A stretch of 63,571 nt of DNA, the filler included, from Octopus bimaculoides (lineage: Eukaryota), in the NCBI RefSeq assembly GCF_001194135.2. It is 5 parts of 5 records of this genome, joined end to end, with 100 filler letters (N's around TTAATTAATTAA, not from the genome) between each part and the next. Parts side by side here need not be neighbours in the genome. Positions count along the whole stretch, not along the records: positions 27,355 to 45,691 come from NC_068988.1; positions 45,792 to 59,169 come from NC_068982.1; 3 more parts are not named here. One strand, written 5' to 3'. Below the pieces are notes generated by a model. The model was given only the letters and a program-made list of their open reading frames with translations, did no database searches and was not told the DNA's origin. A program made the position numbers and the translations under genes. How positions within the stretch are numbered: the first letter of the stretch is position 1; each line of letters starts with the position of its first letter. This document shows, in pieces, positions 36,000-47,906 of the stretch.

Positions 36000-36201
36000 C
36001 ACAAGGCCCCCAATTTTTTTTTTGGGGGGGGGGTCAGTCGATTAGATCGACCCCAGTACGCAACTGGTACTTAATTTATCGAACCCGAAAGGATGAAAGG
36101 CAAAGTCGACTTCGGCGGAATTTGAACTCAGAACATAAAAACAGACGAAATACCGCTAAGCATTTCGCCCGGCGTGCTAACGTTTCCGCCAGCTCGCCGC
36201 T
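36000..36201 (-). mobile_element. tRNA-derived SINE (family B)
   Basis: Minus strand GCGGCGAGCTGGCGGAAACGTTAGC...GAGTTCAAATTCC (B box)...GTCGACTTTGCCTTTCATCC. Copies at 37523, 43135, 47690 and 53270. Confidence 0.85.
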
Positions 36202-36425
36202 TCTAAATGTATATACTGTTACACAAATACATGTATATATATATCAACATTTATTATTATGTTCAGTTACGATAAAAACAATTTTACATTAATGTGATGA
36301 CTTACTCTATACTTTTCTTATACAAAAACGTTGTTGACAGTGACTTCGAAGTTTCGGCCAGCTAAGCCATACAAGCGCGCACACACATACACATAAATTC
36401 AAAGTGTTTTTTTCTCTCTGTTTAG

Positions 36426-36539
36426 ATTTATGGTTCTGCGTACAAGAGTAACGGTGGACGAGGAACAAGCAGCGAAAATGGCCATGAAATTAGAGAGACA
36501 CCTCGGAGAACGACTGGTACAAGTGATTGTCAAACAGAG
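36426..36539 (+). CDS. DTHD1: DTHD1-like exon (FMVLRTRVTVDEEQAAKMAMKLERHLGERLVQVIVKQ)
   Basis: tttttctctctgtttag acceptor, AG|gtaaga donor, 114 nt, phase 2/2. Matches recalled ERFIVL...LEE. Confidence 0.82.
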
Positions 36540-36655
36540 GTAAGAACCGTATGGGTTGTATATGAATTAGCTAATGTGGTAGGGAATTTACCCGCATGTG
36601 CATACACACACGCGCGCGTGCATGTAGATGCATAAGTGCAAACTCGCATATGTTT

Positions 36656-36980
36656 TAGCACTCCGTCGATTACAACGACGAAGGTCCCAGCTGATACGAT
36701 CAACGGAACAGCTTGCTCATGAAATTAGCGTGCAAGTGACTGAGCAATCGACAGACACGTGTACCCCTGGACGTAGTCCTCGGGGAGATTCAGCGTGACA
36801 CAGAGTGTGACAAGGCCGGCCCTTTGAAATACAGGTACTACTCATTTTTGCCAGCTGATTGGACTGGAGCAACGTGAAATAAAGTGTCTTGCTCAAGGAC
36901 ACAACGCGTCGCCGGGAATTGAACTCACGACCTTGCAATCGGGAACCGAATTCCCTAACCACTAAGCCACGCACCTTCAC
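36656..36980 (-). mobile_element. tRNA-derived SINE (family A2): different head, same 3' half as 4141-4523
   Basis: Head GTGAAGGTGCGTGGCTTAGTGGTT...GAGTTCAATTCCC, then GTGTCCTTGAGCAAGACACTT, then the shared tail. Confidence 0.85.
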
Positions 36981-37522
36981 CACTCACATGTACATACACA
37001 CACGCACGCACATATGTATGTATGCATTATACCTGTATGTATATATGTTTGTATGTGTGTATGCATGTATGCGTGTATGCATATATTCATGTATGTATGC
37101 CTGTATGTGTGCACGTGCAGATGTATGTATGTATATGTGTATGTATGTATACATGCATGTATGCATGTATGCGTATATGCATGTATATATGTATGTGTGC
37201 ATGTATGTATGCATATATGTGCATATGCGTGTATGTCTGTATGTGTGTATGCGTGTATGTATGCATTTATGTATGTTTGCATGTGCAGATGTCTATATGT
37301 ATGTATGCATGTATGTATGTATGTATGTGTGTATGTATGTATGTATGTATGTATAAGGTGCAGACATAAGTGTGTGATTAAGACATTCACTTCTCAACCG
37401 CATGTTTTCAGGTATTCTCGCACTGCCAGGTAGCATTAGATGAATGTCAACTAGTATAGCTCCAGGCTGACCAATGCACTTATGACTAGATGCGGTCAAC
37501 AGAAACTGTATGAAGCTGTATT

Positions 37523-37745
37523 AAGGCGGAAAGCTGGCAGAAACATTTGCACCCCGGACGAAATGCTTAACGGTATTTCATCTGCTCTGAGTTCAAATTC
37601 CGCCGGGGTCGACTTTGCCTTTCATCCTTTCGGGGTCGATAAATTAAGTACCAGTTACGCACTGGGATCGATGTAATCGACTTAATCCCTTTGTCTGTCC
37701 TTGTTTGTCCCCTCTATGTTTAGCCCCTTGTGGGCAGTAAAAAAA
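37523..37745 (+). mobile_element. SINE (family B) nested in an older family C SINE
   Basis: Complete B copy. AGAAACTGTATGAAGC is duplicated at 37501-37516 and 37748-37763. Confidence 0.8.
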
Positions 37746-37971
37746 TAAGAAACTGTATGAAGCCCATCGTATGGATATATACGACAGGCTTCATCCATCT
37801 ACCTTTCTACCTATCTACCTATCTGTCTGTCTGTCTGTCGCATTGCAACAACATAATTATCAAATATGCCTTAGGGGGATTCTATCCAAATTTTTTATAA
37901 TTAATTAAATAAATAAGATGCATAAATAACCCAATCCAAAACTGTATTAGTTTCCACGTTCTTATTTCCAG

Positions 37972-38401
37972 TATATGGAATCATCTTCAAGTTACTTTTC
38001 ACGTGGTTCCGGTCACCAAAGCCACTTGGACCATCAACAAACTAAATGAACTGGATTTCAGTAATGGTCCCGACAGTTCCCCAATTATTAGCGTTGAAGA
38101 AGGACAATTCATGGAAATCAACTTCCGAGGAAATTTAAGGAACTCAAGCCCTGAAAGTTATAGCTTCATATACAATTCCAACTTGAAGTCTTCGGTGGAC
38201 TTCACAATTCTTGAAGTAGACAGATATCTTCAGAGGAATTTCCCAGTTTTCAGAGGATTTCTAAGACTTTTCCGACGTAATCTGCTTCTTCCAGAAGTGA
38301 GGAAAAAAGTAAAGCCCGATGAAGAAAATCAAGAATTACCTGAGATTGAACCAGAAACTTCTTTGGAACTTCTCACCGAAATTCTGATGACTATTCCAAA
38401 A
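37972..38401 (+). CDS. DTHD1: DTHD1-like exon, UPA-like domain (IWNHLQVTFHVVP...GPDSSPIISVEEGQFMEINFRGN...EVDRYLQRNFPVFRG...IPK)
   Basis: cttatttccag acceptor in phase 2 (compatible with the previous exon), AAA|gtaatg donor. Matches recalled DTHD1 GPPEPS..V.EGEQL..RFTGN...EVDEF..Y.G. Confidence 0.88.
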
Positions 38402-38492
38402 GTAATGAAAATAGACGAATTTATGTGTGTATGTTAATATATACATATGCTTGCTAGTGTGCATGTATATGCTGTATGTGCATGCTGTATGT

Positions 38493-38555
<63 letters not shown>

Positions 38556-40062
38556 NNNNNNNNNNNNNNNNNNNNNNNNNNNNNNNNNNNNNNNNNNNNN
38601 NNNNNNNNNNNNNNNNNNNNNNNNNNNNNNNNNNNNNNNNNNNNNNNNNNNNNNNNNNNNNNNNNNNNNNNNNNNNNNNNNNNNNNNNNNNNNNNNNNNN
38701 NNNNNNNNNNNNNNNNNNNNNNNNNNNNNNNNNNNNNNNNNNNNNNNNNNNNNNNNNNNNNNNNNNNNNNNNNNNNNNNNNNNNNNNNNNNNNNNNNNNN
38801 NNNNNNNNNNNNNNNNNNNNNNNNNNNNNNNNNNNNNNNNNNNNNNNNNNNNNNNNNNNNNNNNNNNNNNNNNNNNNNNNNNNNNNNNNNNNNNNNNNNN
38901 NNNNNNNNNNNNNNNNNNNNNNNNNNNNNNNNNNNNNNNNNNNNNNNNNNNNNNNNNNNNNNNNNNNNNNNNNNNNNNNNNNNNNNNNNNNNNNNNNNNN
39001 NNNNNNNNNNNNNNNNNNNNNNNNNNNNNNNNNNNNNNNNNNNNNNNNNNNNNNNNNNNNNNNNNNNNNNNNNNNNNNNNNNNNNNNNNNNNNNNNNNNN
39101 NNNNNNNNNNNNNNNNNNNNNNNNNNNNNNNNNNNNNNNNNNNNNNNNNNNNNNNNNNNNNNNNNNNNNNNNNNNNNNNNNNNNNNNNNNNNNNNNNNNN
39201 NNNNNNNNNNNNNNNNNNNNNNNNNNNNNNNNNNNNNNNNNNNNNNNNNNNNNNNNNNNNNNNNNNNNNNNNNNNNNNNNNNNNNNNNNNNNNNNNNNNN
39301 NNNNNNNNNNNNNNNNNNNNNNNNNATATTTTGACAAATTAAATTTAAATGTTGAAGGGAATCTAACGGTTTTTGTGTGTTATTTTAAATGGCTTATAAA
39401 CACCTTCCACGCTGCAATTGTTTTCGTTCCCGCACACGATCTCAGATCAGGTCACTTGCTATGCAAGTACATCTCCGTTAGGGTTTTTATTACAGCGAAA
39501 ACGAGTAGTGTGCATATTCCTTTACCTCCTCCTTGTTCCTTTCCTCTCGTTCCAATGACTGTAAACGTCCTCCATAACGACTGGGCAGTGAATCTCCGGT
39601 CTCTGAGTTGTGTCCCTTGTACTAGATACATTGCTCGTTCATCAATTTACCCACTTCCTATTTCCACCACCACCACCTCACCACCACCTAACACTGCTAC
39701 TACCTCATCAAACTTTAGTAACGCTATAAATGTAATTAGGAGTTATTTCCCTTGAAACAAGGCGCATTACTCTATTGGCTTCATTCTTTTTTCTTCATTT
39801 CAGTAGAATGCAGCTGTCGTTTGATTAGCTAGAAATAGCATCAAAACTCCCTCGGATTACACTCTACAGCCTAATAAAATGATACATTCATTAGATAAAG
39901 TTGTCCAGAATACACAATTCCAGAAATATCTACTCTAACAGCATACCCACGTTTAAGTAGAGATAGATATTACCTCTCGGTATTAGTTCTCTCTCCGTCG
40001 CTAATATACACATTTTTAACAACCTCACTAGTTAATAGCGATATCAGCGCCTCTTCTGGAAC

Positions 40063-40095
<33 letters not shown>

Positions 40096-40342
40096 NNNNN
40101 NNNNNNNNNNNNNNNNNNNNNNNNNNNNNNNNNNNNNNNNNNNNNNNNNNNNNNNNNNNNNNNNNNNNNNNNNNNNNNNNNNNNNNNNNNNNNNNNNNNN
40201 NNNNNNNNNNNNNNNNNNNNNNNNNNNNNNNNNNNNNNNNNNNNNNNNNNNNNNNNNNNNNNNNNNNNNNNNNNNNNNNNNNNNNNNNNNNNNNNNNNNN
40301 NNNNNNNNNNNNNNNNNNNNNNNATATATATATATATATATA

Positions 40343-40469
40343 CAGGGTGTCTACAAAGCCTGGGTACATGGAGTACATAAAACCATAACATAAACAATTA
40401 AATATAAAAAATAATAATTTCTTAAAGTATGTGTTAATCCCCATGTACCCAAACTTTGTGGACACCCTG
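40343..40469. mobile_element. 127-bp Tc1/mariner-type MITE
   Basis: 29-bp TIRs CAGGGTGTCTACAAAGCCTGGGTACATGG / CAGGGTGTCCACAAAGTTTGGGTACATGG (26/29 identical), with TA on the left. Confidence 0.8.
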
Positions 40470-42036
40470 TGTATCGCTGGCGGAAAGATAAATCGCTGCT
40501 ATCTCTTGCGGTGGAGCGTCCAACATTGATGAGATTATAGAAGATCGAAATCACGTGAACTAGTGGTCTCGGCGTTGGAGATAGCGAGAATTTACCTCCC
40601 CGTTAATGACATGAACAAGAGTGCATCTTGCACCAAAAGCCAGTATGAGAGTTTCTCTCGTGCTATCTACTGCAGTGTAGTTTGTACTAACAGAACATTC
40701 ACGTTTAGGTGGAGATAAGTACTACCTCACGGTATTAATACTACCTCTCTCGCTAATACACATATCTGTCTGTCTGTCTGTCTAGTGTATGTGTGTTGTT
40801 AAACACTTTTTAGTCGTAATGGTTTGTCCCTTTAAAGACGAAGTATTTTGAAAACACAGCATAATCCAGAGTCTGGCAAAATAAATCGCCTCGGAGGTGA
40901 AGGAAAACGAGAGACATCGGTATTTCGCCTCGTCGGTTGCAGATCATTGATGAATCCAAATCGCTTACACGAAGTATACACACTTTTCACGTTGTATATA
41001 CTTCGGACCAACGATTTGAATTCGTGTTGAGGTCGAATCGAGTATAAGGCACGAGTGAGCTGAAATAGCAGTGAAATGTCGATACCTGTCGTTTTCGTTC
41101 ACCTCTGGAACGACTCGTTTCGCCTACTTTCAATTAAACTGTGTTCTTCAATGCACTCCGTCCTTAAAGAGTTTCTCCATGGACGAAATACCGCAAGCAA
41201 AAAGCTTTTAACAATGCAGATACAGTGAGTATGTGGCATCGATGATGTTTATATTACAGAGCTGCTTCTAACAGTGTGTGTGTGTATTAGTTGGCATGCA
41301 TGTATGTATTTATGCACGCGCACACACGCACACATGTATATTATACATGTAGGGCTGTATGTATGGGTGTGTGTATGTATGTGTGTGCATGAATATATGT
41401 CTGTATATAAGTGTGTATGTGTATATGTATGTATATATACGTATGTATGTATGCGTGAAAGCCTGTATGTAAGTTTGGTTGCATGTATGTATCTCTATGT
41501 ATGTATGTATGTATGTATGTATGCATGTATGTATGTGTGTATGCATATATATATATATATATATATNNNNNNNNNNNNNNNNNNNNNNNNNNNNNNNNNN
41601 NNNNNNNNNNNNNNNNNNNNNNNNNNNNNNNNNNNNNNNNNNNNNNNNNNNNNNNNNNNNNNNNNNNNNNNNNNNNNNNNNNNNNNNNNNNNNNNNNNNN
41701 NNNNNNNNNNNNNNNNNNNNNNNNNNNNNNNNNNNNNNNNNNNNNNNNNNNNNNNNNNNNNNNNNNNNNNNNNNNNNNNNNNNNNNNNNNNNNNNNNNNN
41801 NNNNNNNNNNNNNNNNNNNNNNNNNNNNNNNNNNNNNNNNNNNNNNNNNNNNNNNNNNNNNNNNNNNNNNNNNNNNNNNNNNNNNNNNNNNNNNNNNNNN
41901 NNNNNNNNNNNNNNNNNNNNNNNNNNNNNNNNNNNNNNNNNNNNNNNNNNNNNNNNNNNNNNNNNNNNNNNNNNNNNNNNNNNNNNNNNNNNNNNNNNNN
42001 NNNNNNNNNNNNNNNNNNNNNNNNNNNNNNNNNNNN

Positions 42037-42061
42037 GACATTACCTAAGTGTGTTGATAAG
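42037..42061 (+). CDS. DTHD1: 3' end of the DTHD1-like death-domain exon (TLPKCVDK); the rest lies in the gap
   Basis: AAG|gtaggc donor, phase 0. Joins the last exon to give TLPKCVDK|ISVLCGALNRCGRPDL, compared with recalled [24 protein letters not shown]. Confidence 0.7.
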
Positions 42062-42308
42062 GTAGGCCTTTTGCCGAATATTTTACAAAATCAAATATTT
42101 ATGACGTATTTATCTCACACTGTCAGTTTTCCAGCTACCCCAAGTGATGCCACAAGGTATGCCTGGACAATTGAACAGAATTACCATTATATAGAACAGC
42201 ATTTTTAAGACAACGAATATTATCACTTATTGACAGTTACATTTTTCAGTTATATATGTGAAATAATAGATATCAAGACAAGCAGGAAGACAAACAAATA
42301 GATAGACC

Positions 42309-42363
<55 letters not shown>

Positions 42364-42484
42364 GCACGCATATATGCATACATTCACAATGAATACACAC
42401 GCAAACACATACATACATGCACACGCGCGCAAATATGTGGTAGTACTGAGATTAATAGGAGTATGGATATAAGTATGTCTGTAT

Positions 42485-42524
<40 letters not shown>

Positions 42525-42739
42525 CTATGTATATAAATGTATGTATATATAAACATATACATACATATATGCATGTTTATTTGTGTGTGTACACACATAT
42601 ATATATATACATATACATATGTGTGTGTATACAGACACACGCACGCACATACATACATACATACATAGTACTTTAGTGATTTCATAAAGAGAATTTCTAG
42701 GTATTTCTATATATAGTTTTTATTTTTTTATTTTTGTAG

Positions 42740-42874
42740 ATCTCTGTTCTTTGCGGTGCCTTAAACAGATGTGGACGGCCAGATCTCACAACAGACCTCC
42801 GGATGAAAAACGTTGTGTTTCAACAACAGAAAGAACACAGGAGACAAGAAATGTTCAGAGAAACATATTCGTGA
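42740..42874 (+). CDS. DTHD1: DTHD1-like terminal coding exon (ISVLCGALNRCGRPDLTTDLRMKN...ETYS*)
   Basis: ttttttatttttgtag acceptor, death-domain helix 5/6 pattern L..L...GR.DL...L, TGA at 42872-42874. Confidence 0.8.
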   Translation: MSVLCGALNRCGRPDLTTDLRMKNVVFQQQKEHRRQEMFRETYS

Positions 42875-43061
42875 CTGTTTATAAGCATCATTTCCCAACA
42901 TCTTCAGACTGCAAGAGAAATAAAATTTAAAACACACAGATGTTTTCTTTAGTACTGATGCAGGGCAAAATATCGGGTCTCCGCAAACTGATTTGGTGTG
43001 TCTGGTCTTATGTGCTTAGTGAATGAATGTTAACTTTACATTTAGCCATTCCATTGTTTTT

Positions 43062-43110
<49 letters not shown>

Positions 43111-43134
43111 TGATGATGATTATGATGATGATGA

Positions 43135-43336
43135 TAATGGTTTCAAATTTTGCCACAACGGCAGTTCTTCGGGGGAGAGGGGATGAGTCGATTACATCGA
43201 CCCAATGTTCAACTGGTACCTATTTTATCGACCCCTTCCCCCCCAAAAGGATGAAAGGCAAAGTCGAGCACAGCAGAATTTCAACTCAGAAAGTAAAGAC
43301 GGACGAAGCGTCGCTAAAAATTTTGTCCGGCGTCCT
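43135..43336 (-). mobile_element. SINE (family B)
   Basis: Matches 36000-36201. Confidence 0.75.
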
Positions 43337-43661
43337 AACGATTTTATCAGCTTGCCNNNNNNNNNNNNNNNNNNNNNNNNNNNNNNNNNNNNNNNNNNNN
43401 NNNNNNNNNNNNNNNNNNNNNNNNNNNNNNNNNNNNNNNNNNNNNNNNNNNNNNNNNNNNNNNNNNNNNNNNNNNNNNNNNNNNNNNNNNNNNNNNNNNN
43501 NNNNNNNNNNNNNNNNNNNNNNNNNNNNNNNNNNNNNNNNNNNNNNNNNNNNNNNNNNNNNNNNNNNNNNNNNNNNNNNNNNNNNNNNNNNNNNNNNNNN
43601 NNNNNNNNNNNCTCCAGCATGGCCGCAGTCAAAAATGACTGAAACAAGTAAGTGAATAAAA

Positions 43662-43742
<81 letters not shown>

Positions 43743-44544
43743 GGGGGAGGGGCTATGTTTGTAAAAAAACAGGTTTTCTCCTTGAGGTTATAGCATAGAC
43801 TTTGCATGGCAGGTAGATAGGATTAGTAGACAAAGGAATTGTCAAGACTAGTAAGAAATGAAGCGAGAATGTTCCGCTGGATATCTAATATTAGTGTATA
43901 TGGACGAGGGAAACGAGCTTAGAGTAAAACTGAACGTAAGGCGGAATCAGACATATAACGCACTTGAAGATGACAGCTGTATTACCTCCCTTACATCCTA
44001 AGAGTTTCTCTGCATTACGTCCCTTGAAAACATTCATCTCGCTGCCTATCAGTTCTATGCTTTCAGAAATCTTGTCTTAGCATTCATTCTGAAGGGCCAC
44101 CCACAGTTAATGAACTGTAACTCTTTCGTCCGTAAATCCCTATCTTTCTTTGCAGTTTCCCCTATACCGAATATTACCAGTAGAACATGTGAATCAACAA
44201 GAATTATTTTAATTCGACTCTGGATGACAAAAAGTTACTCGAAAAGAATATTACGCACCATAAAAATACCATAAATAATTGTGATAGTAATTAAACAAAT
44301 CATATTTTAAGTTGCATATTAACTTATAATGCACGGTTTATACTCACTAATACTTCATATCATAGAATTGCACGTACGTGTGATACCATTATAGATATGC
44401 ATGTATCAATAAAAGTTATAATTACATTATAACGACATTATAATTTATATCATGGTATTACATGTTAGATAAACTCATTCATTTTTTCCTACTTATTCAC
44501 TTATTTCCTACTTATTCACTCAAATTTCAAAGACGATGGTATTC

Positions 44545-45260
44545 CTACATATGTTTCTTCGCTCCGAATTTGTTTCGTCATAACTTCCAGAAAAATAGGT
44601 ATTTCTTAATGAAATTTTCTACAATTATGCTTCAGATATTGTAGTTTACGACTATTTCGGAATTTCTATTGAAAACAAAATTCTGTGGACTGGAAGGAGT
44701 TTCGGAAAATTCACAAAAGTTGGTTTTGTTTCCTCATAACTTTCAGAAAAATGGGTAGTTTTTGATGAAATGTTTTATAAATACCTTTCAGAGAGTGTAA
44801 ACTATGATTATATCGGAATTTGATGCGAAAAGAAAAAACAGTGAGCACACACACACATACTGACACATAACACAATTTTTTTTTTCGTAATTTTCAGTTT
44901 CATTTTGTAGATATATGTGACCTTTATCAGTATATATGCGTACGATTCAACCAAATTTGTTTCTTCGTATCAAATTCCGATATAATCGCAAATCTACTCA
45001 CTCTGAAGAGAATTTATAGAAAATTTCATAAAACATTACTCGTTTTTCTGAAAGTTATGAGAAAGCAAAACCGACTCGTGTGGTTTTTCCGAAACTCCCC
45101 ACCTCACACTCGGGAAAATTTCTTCACCACATATGCCCTAAAATAATCAGATTCTACACTATTTTAAGCGTATTTATACAAAATTTCATCAAAAAAATAT
45201 TCAACATCCTGGAAGTTATGAGGGAACGAAATCGGGTGGGGACACACATGTATAGGAATG
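44545..45260. mobile_element. Foldback-like element with ~290-bp modular inverted arms
   Basis: ~44545-44835 and ~44955-45260 are imperfect reverse complements. Each arm contains the module CATAACTT(C/T)CAGAAAAAT...ATGAAAT twice. Confidence 0.7.
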
Positions 45261-47689
45261 CCAAGATGATAAACAAAATCTGTAGAGGAAGAATAGAGCT
45301 GTAATATACCATAAAAAGAAAACTACAATCAAAATATTTTCTGCTTTAATTCAAATTACATTGAAAAGGATTAAAATAAATGGAAAAATATGACGAACGA
45401 ATTAAACTTGCAATCCAATAAATCAATGAAACAACATTAAATCAGTCGTTTTTGTATTTTTAAGCTTCCTTTTGATATGACCAGTAACTTTTCACTGTAA
45501 CTTTTCTTCCAGCATATGAATATTCTGGAAATTTACACTTATCTATCCTCTCTCTCTCTGCCTCCCTCTCTGCCTCCCTCTCTCCCTCCTTCCCCCTCCC
45601 TCGCTGTGATTGGTGGCGGTGGGTTTATACGCCTGCCCTGCGAAGGTATATTGGCAGCTAGGGCGCCAATTGAAAGTGGGTGGATGCACCANNNNNNNNN
45701 NNNNNNNNNNNNNNNNNNNNNNNNNNNNNNNNNNNTTAATTAATTAANNNNNNNNNNNNNNNNNNNNNNNNNNNNNNNNNNNNNNNNNNNNTATCAAGCG
45801 AAGGAAGACAACTCGCCTTTTTAAAGAGGATTATTTCTTGAACTATCACCGGCGTTCTTTTGTTTTAAAATAGACATTCTTTGCAGAGAACGGTTACTAT
45901 TTAGAGAAACTGAAGAGATGTCTAGTTCACGCTAGATATGAAACCAATGGGGGTTTTTTTCTAAACTTACGTTACACATACACAAATAAATAACTGCTCT
46001 ATAATTTATAGGGTATGCACTGCTCCTGAATTATGATATTGTAACGAAGATATATATATATATATATATATATGTATAATGTATATGCGCGTGTGCGTAT
46101 GTTTGTGAGTGCGCACACGTAAATAATATGTATGTCTACATATCTCACCAACCAAATCTAGAAAACCGCGTGACTCTGTATTTTTTTAGTCATCTCACTC
46201 CATTAACAAATTTCACCCTTTCACTTTTTAACTTAATTTTCTTTTACCAGTCTTACATCGTTATTATTTCATATTTTACTTTTCAGATTTCACGAATATA
46301 AAATAGCCCACGCTGCTAATTGTTTGAATCTCTTTTAATCGACAAATATTTAATCAATCCATTCTTTTACCTACGTTTTAATAATAGATTAATATATATT
46401 CAATTTACTCGCAAATTATATAAAATAAATATTTCGATTCACACAGTTTTTGTTATAAAATTGACAGAAAGACGTTTGTTCTTAATGGGAAATGATCGCC
46501 ATGCTGGCAACGTTTGAATGACTAAAAGATGGAAAGATCATGAAAGCCAAATTTTGATTCAGAGAAGTTTGTTTGAATTACATTTTTAACTGTATATTTA
46601 ATCAATCAAGATCATATTTTTTAAAAAAATACTCAAAACTGTTTTCGTAATAATGTTCAATTCACTTTTAAACTATATCAATAATATTTGAATTCACATA
46701 GGTTAGGCTTTGATGTTCATGGAGGGAGGCCGTTTCAATGGATTTACAATGAGTTACTATAACATTATCATATGTATTGCCAAAGAATAGTTGAATATTT
46801 CGTAACGACTGATTTTAAAAGTAATTGGTGGTGAGTTCATATTTAATACACGTTATGTTGATGACATTTTAAATTATTAGCAGTGCTATAAGGAAAAACG
46901 AGAACAAAAATCGTACAACGACAGTTTGGCGTTATAAATCGCGAAAATAAGATGTGTACTCTAAGGTGGAAATAAATATGTGGAATCCCTTAGTGGATAG
47001 TTAATACAAGGGAGATAAGCATTTCTTCATAATTTCTAGTGAGATAAGGTATATGAATTTGAAATTAAGAAAGAAGTATAACATATACCTATCATTTTAT
47101 TTATTCACTTTTCTGTTTTCTTATTACGAATTCCTTAAAATTTCTACTCGGTGTTAATCATGTATAGCACTATTTCATTATTTTTAGAAATCTTCAGCAT
47201 GACATAACCCGAGGTATATTAATTAAACATATTCGTATGGTGGTGGTGGTGGTGGTGGCGGTCGTCGTCGTCGTCGTCGTCGTCGTTTGAGCCCGCGTAA
47301 ACTTAATATTTGTCGGCACGAACATCGACCAGAAAGGTAAAATTTGACTTTTGGACTATAAGTTTTAGAGGCACAAATTCAGTACTATCATTGCGGGTGC
47401 CTCAAGCTGGTTACGTACATTTAATACCAGATACTTCATCAGAAGACGAAGGGAAAGTACACATTTAATCAACACAATGTTGATACAAAAATCAAGTAAT
47501 GTTCAGACTTCAAAGATTTCATCGTGCTATGTGTACCATAGAGCTGTTATAAGCTATTAATATGACTTAAATCATTCGGTTATTCAATTAAGCATTGAAC
47601 GAGAATTTCTGCTCACATTTCTGCCTCCAGCAGATATTAGGTTAGTATTTATAAATATGCCTATATAATATAATATTTATTTCTTTATT

Positions 47690-47906
47690 GCCCACAAGGG
47701 GCTAAACATAGAATGGACAGACAAGAACAAAGGGATTAAGTCGATTAGAACGACTCCAGTGCGTAACTGGTACTTATTTAATCGACCCCAAAAGGATGAA
47801 AGGCAAAGTCGAGCTCGGGGGAATTTGAATTCAGAACGTAGCGGCAGACGAAATACCGCTAAACATTTCGCCCGGAGTGCTAACCTTTCTGCGAGCTTGC
47901 CGCCTT
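47690..47906 (-). mobile_element. SINE (family B)
   Basis: Matches 36000-36201 and 37523-37745. Confidence 0.8.

Noticed and set aside
45815-45910. Possible terminal exon of the minus-strand gene (SLNSNRSLQRMSILKQKNAGDSSRNNPL*)
   Set aside because: Phase does not join the last known exon, and there is no homology support.
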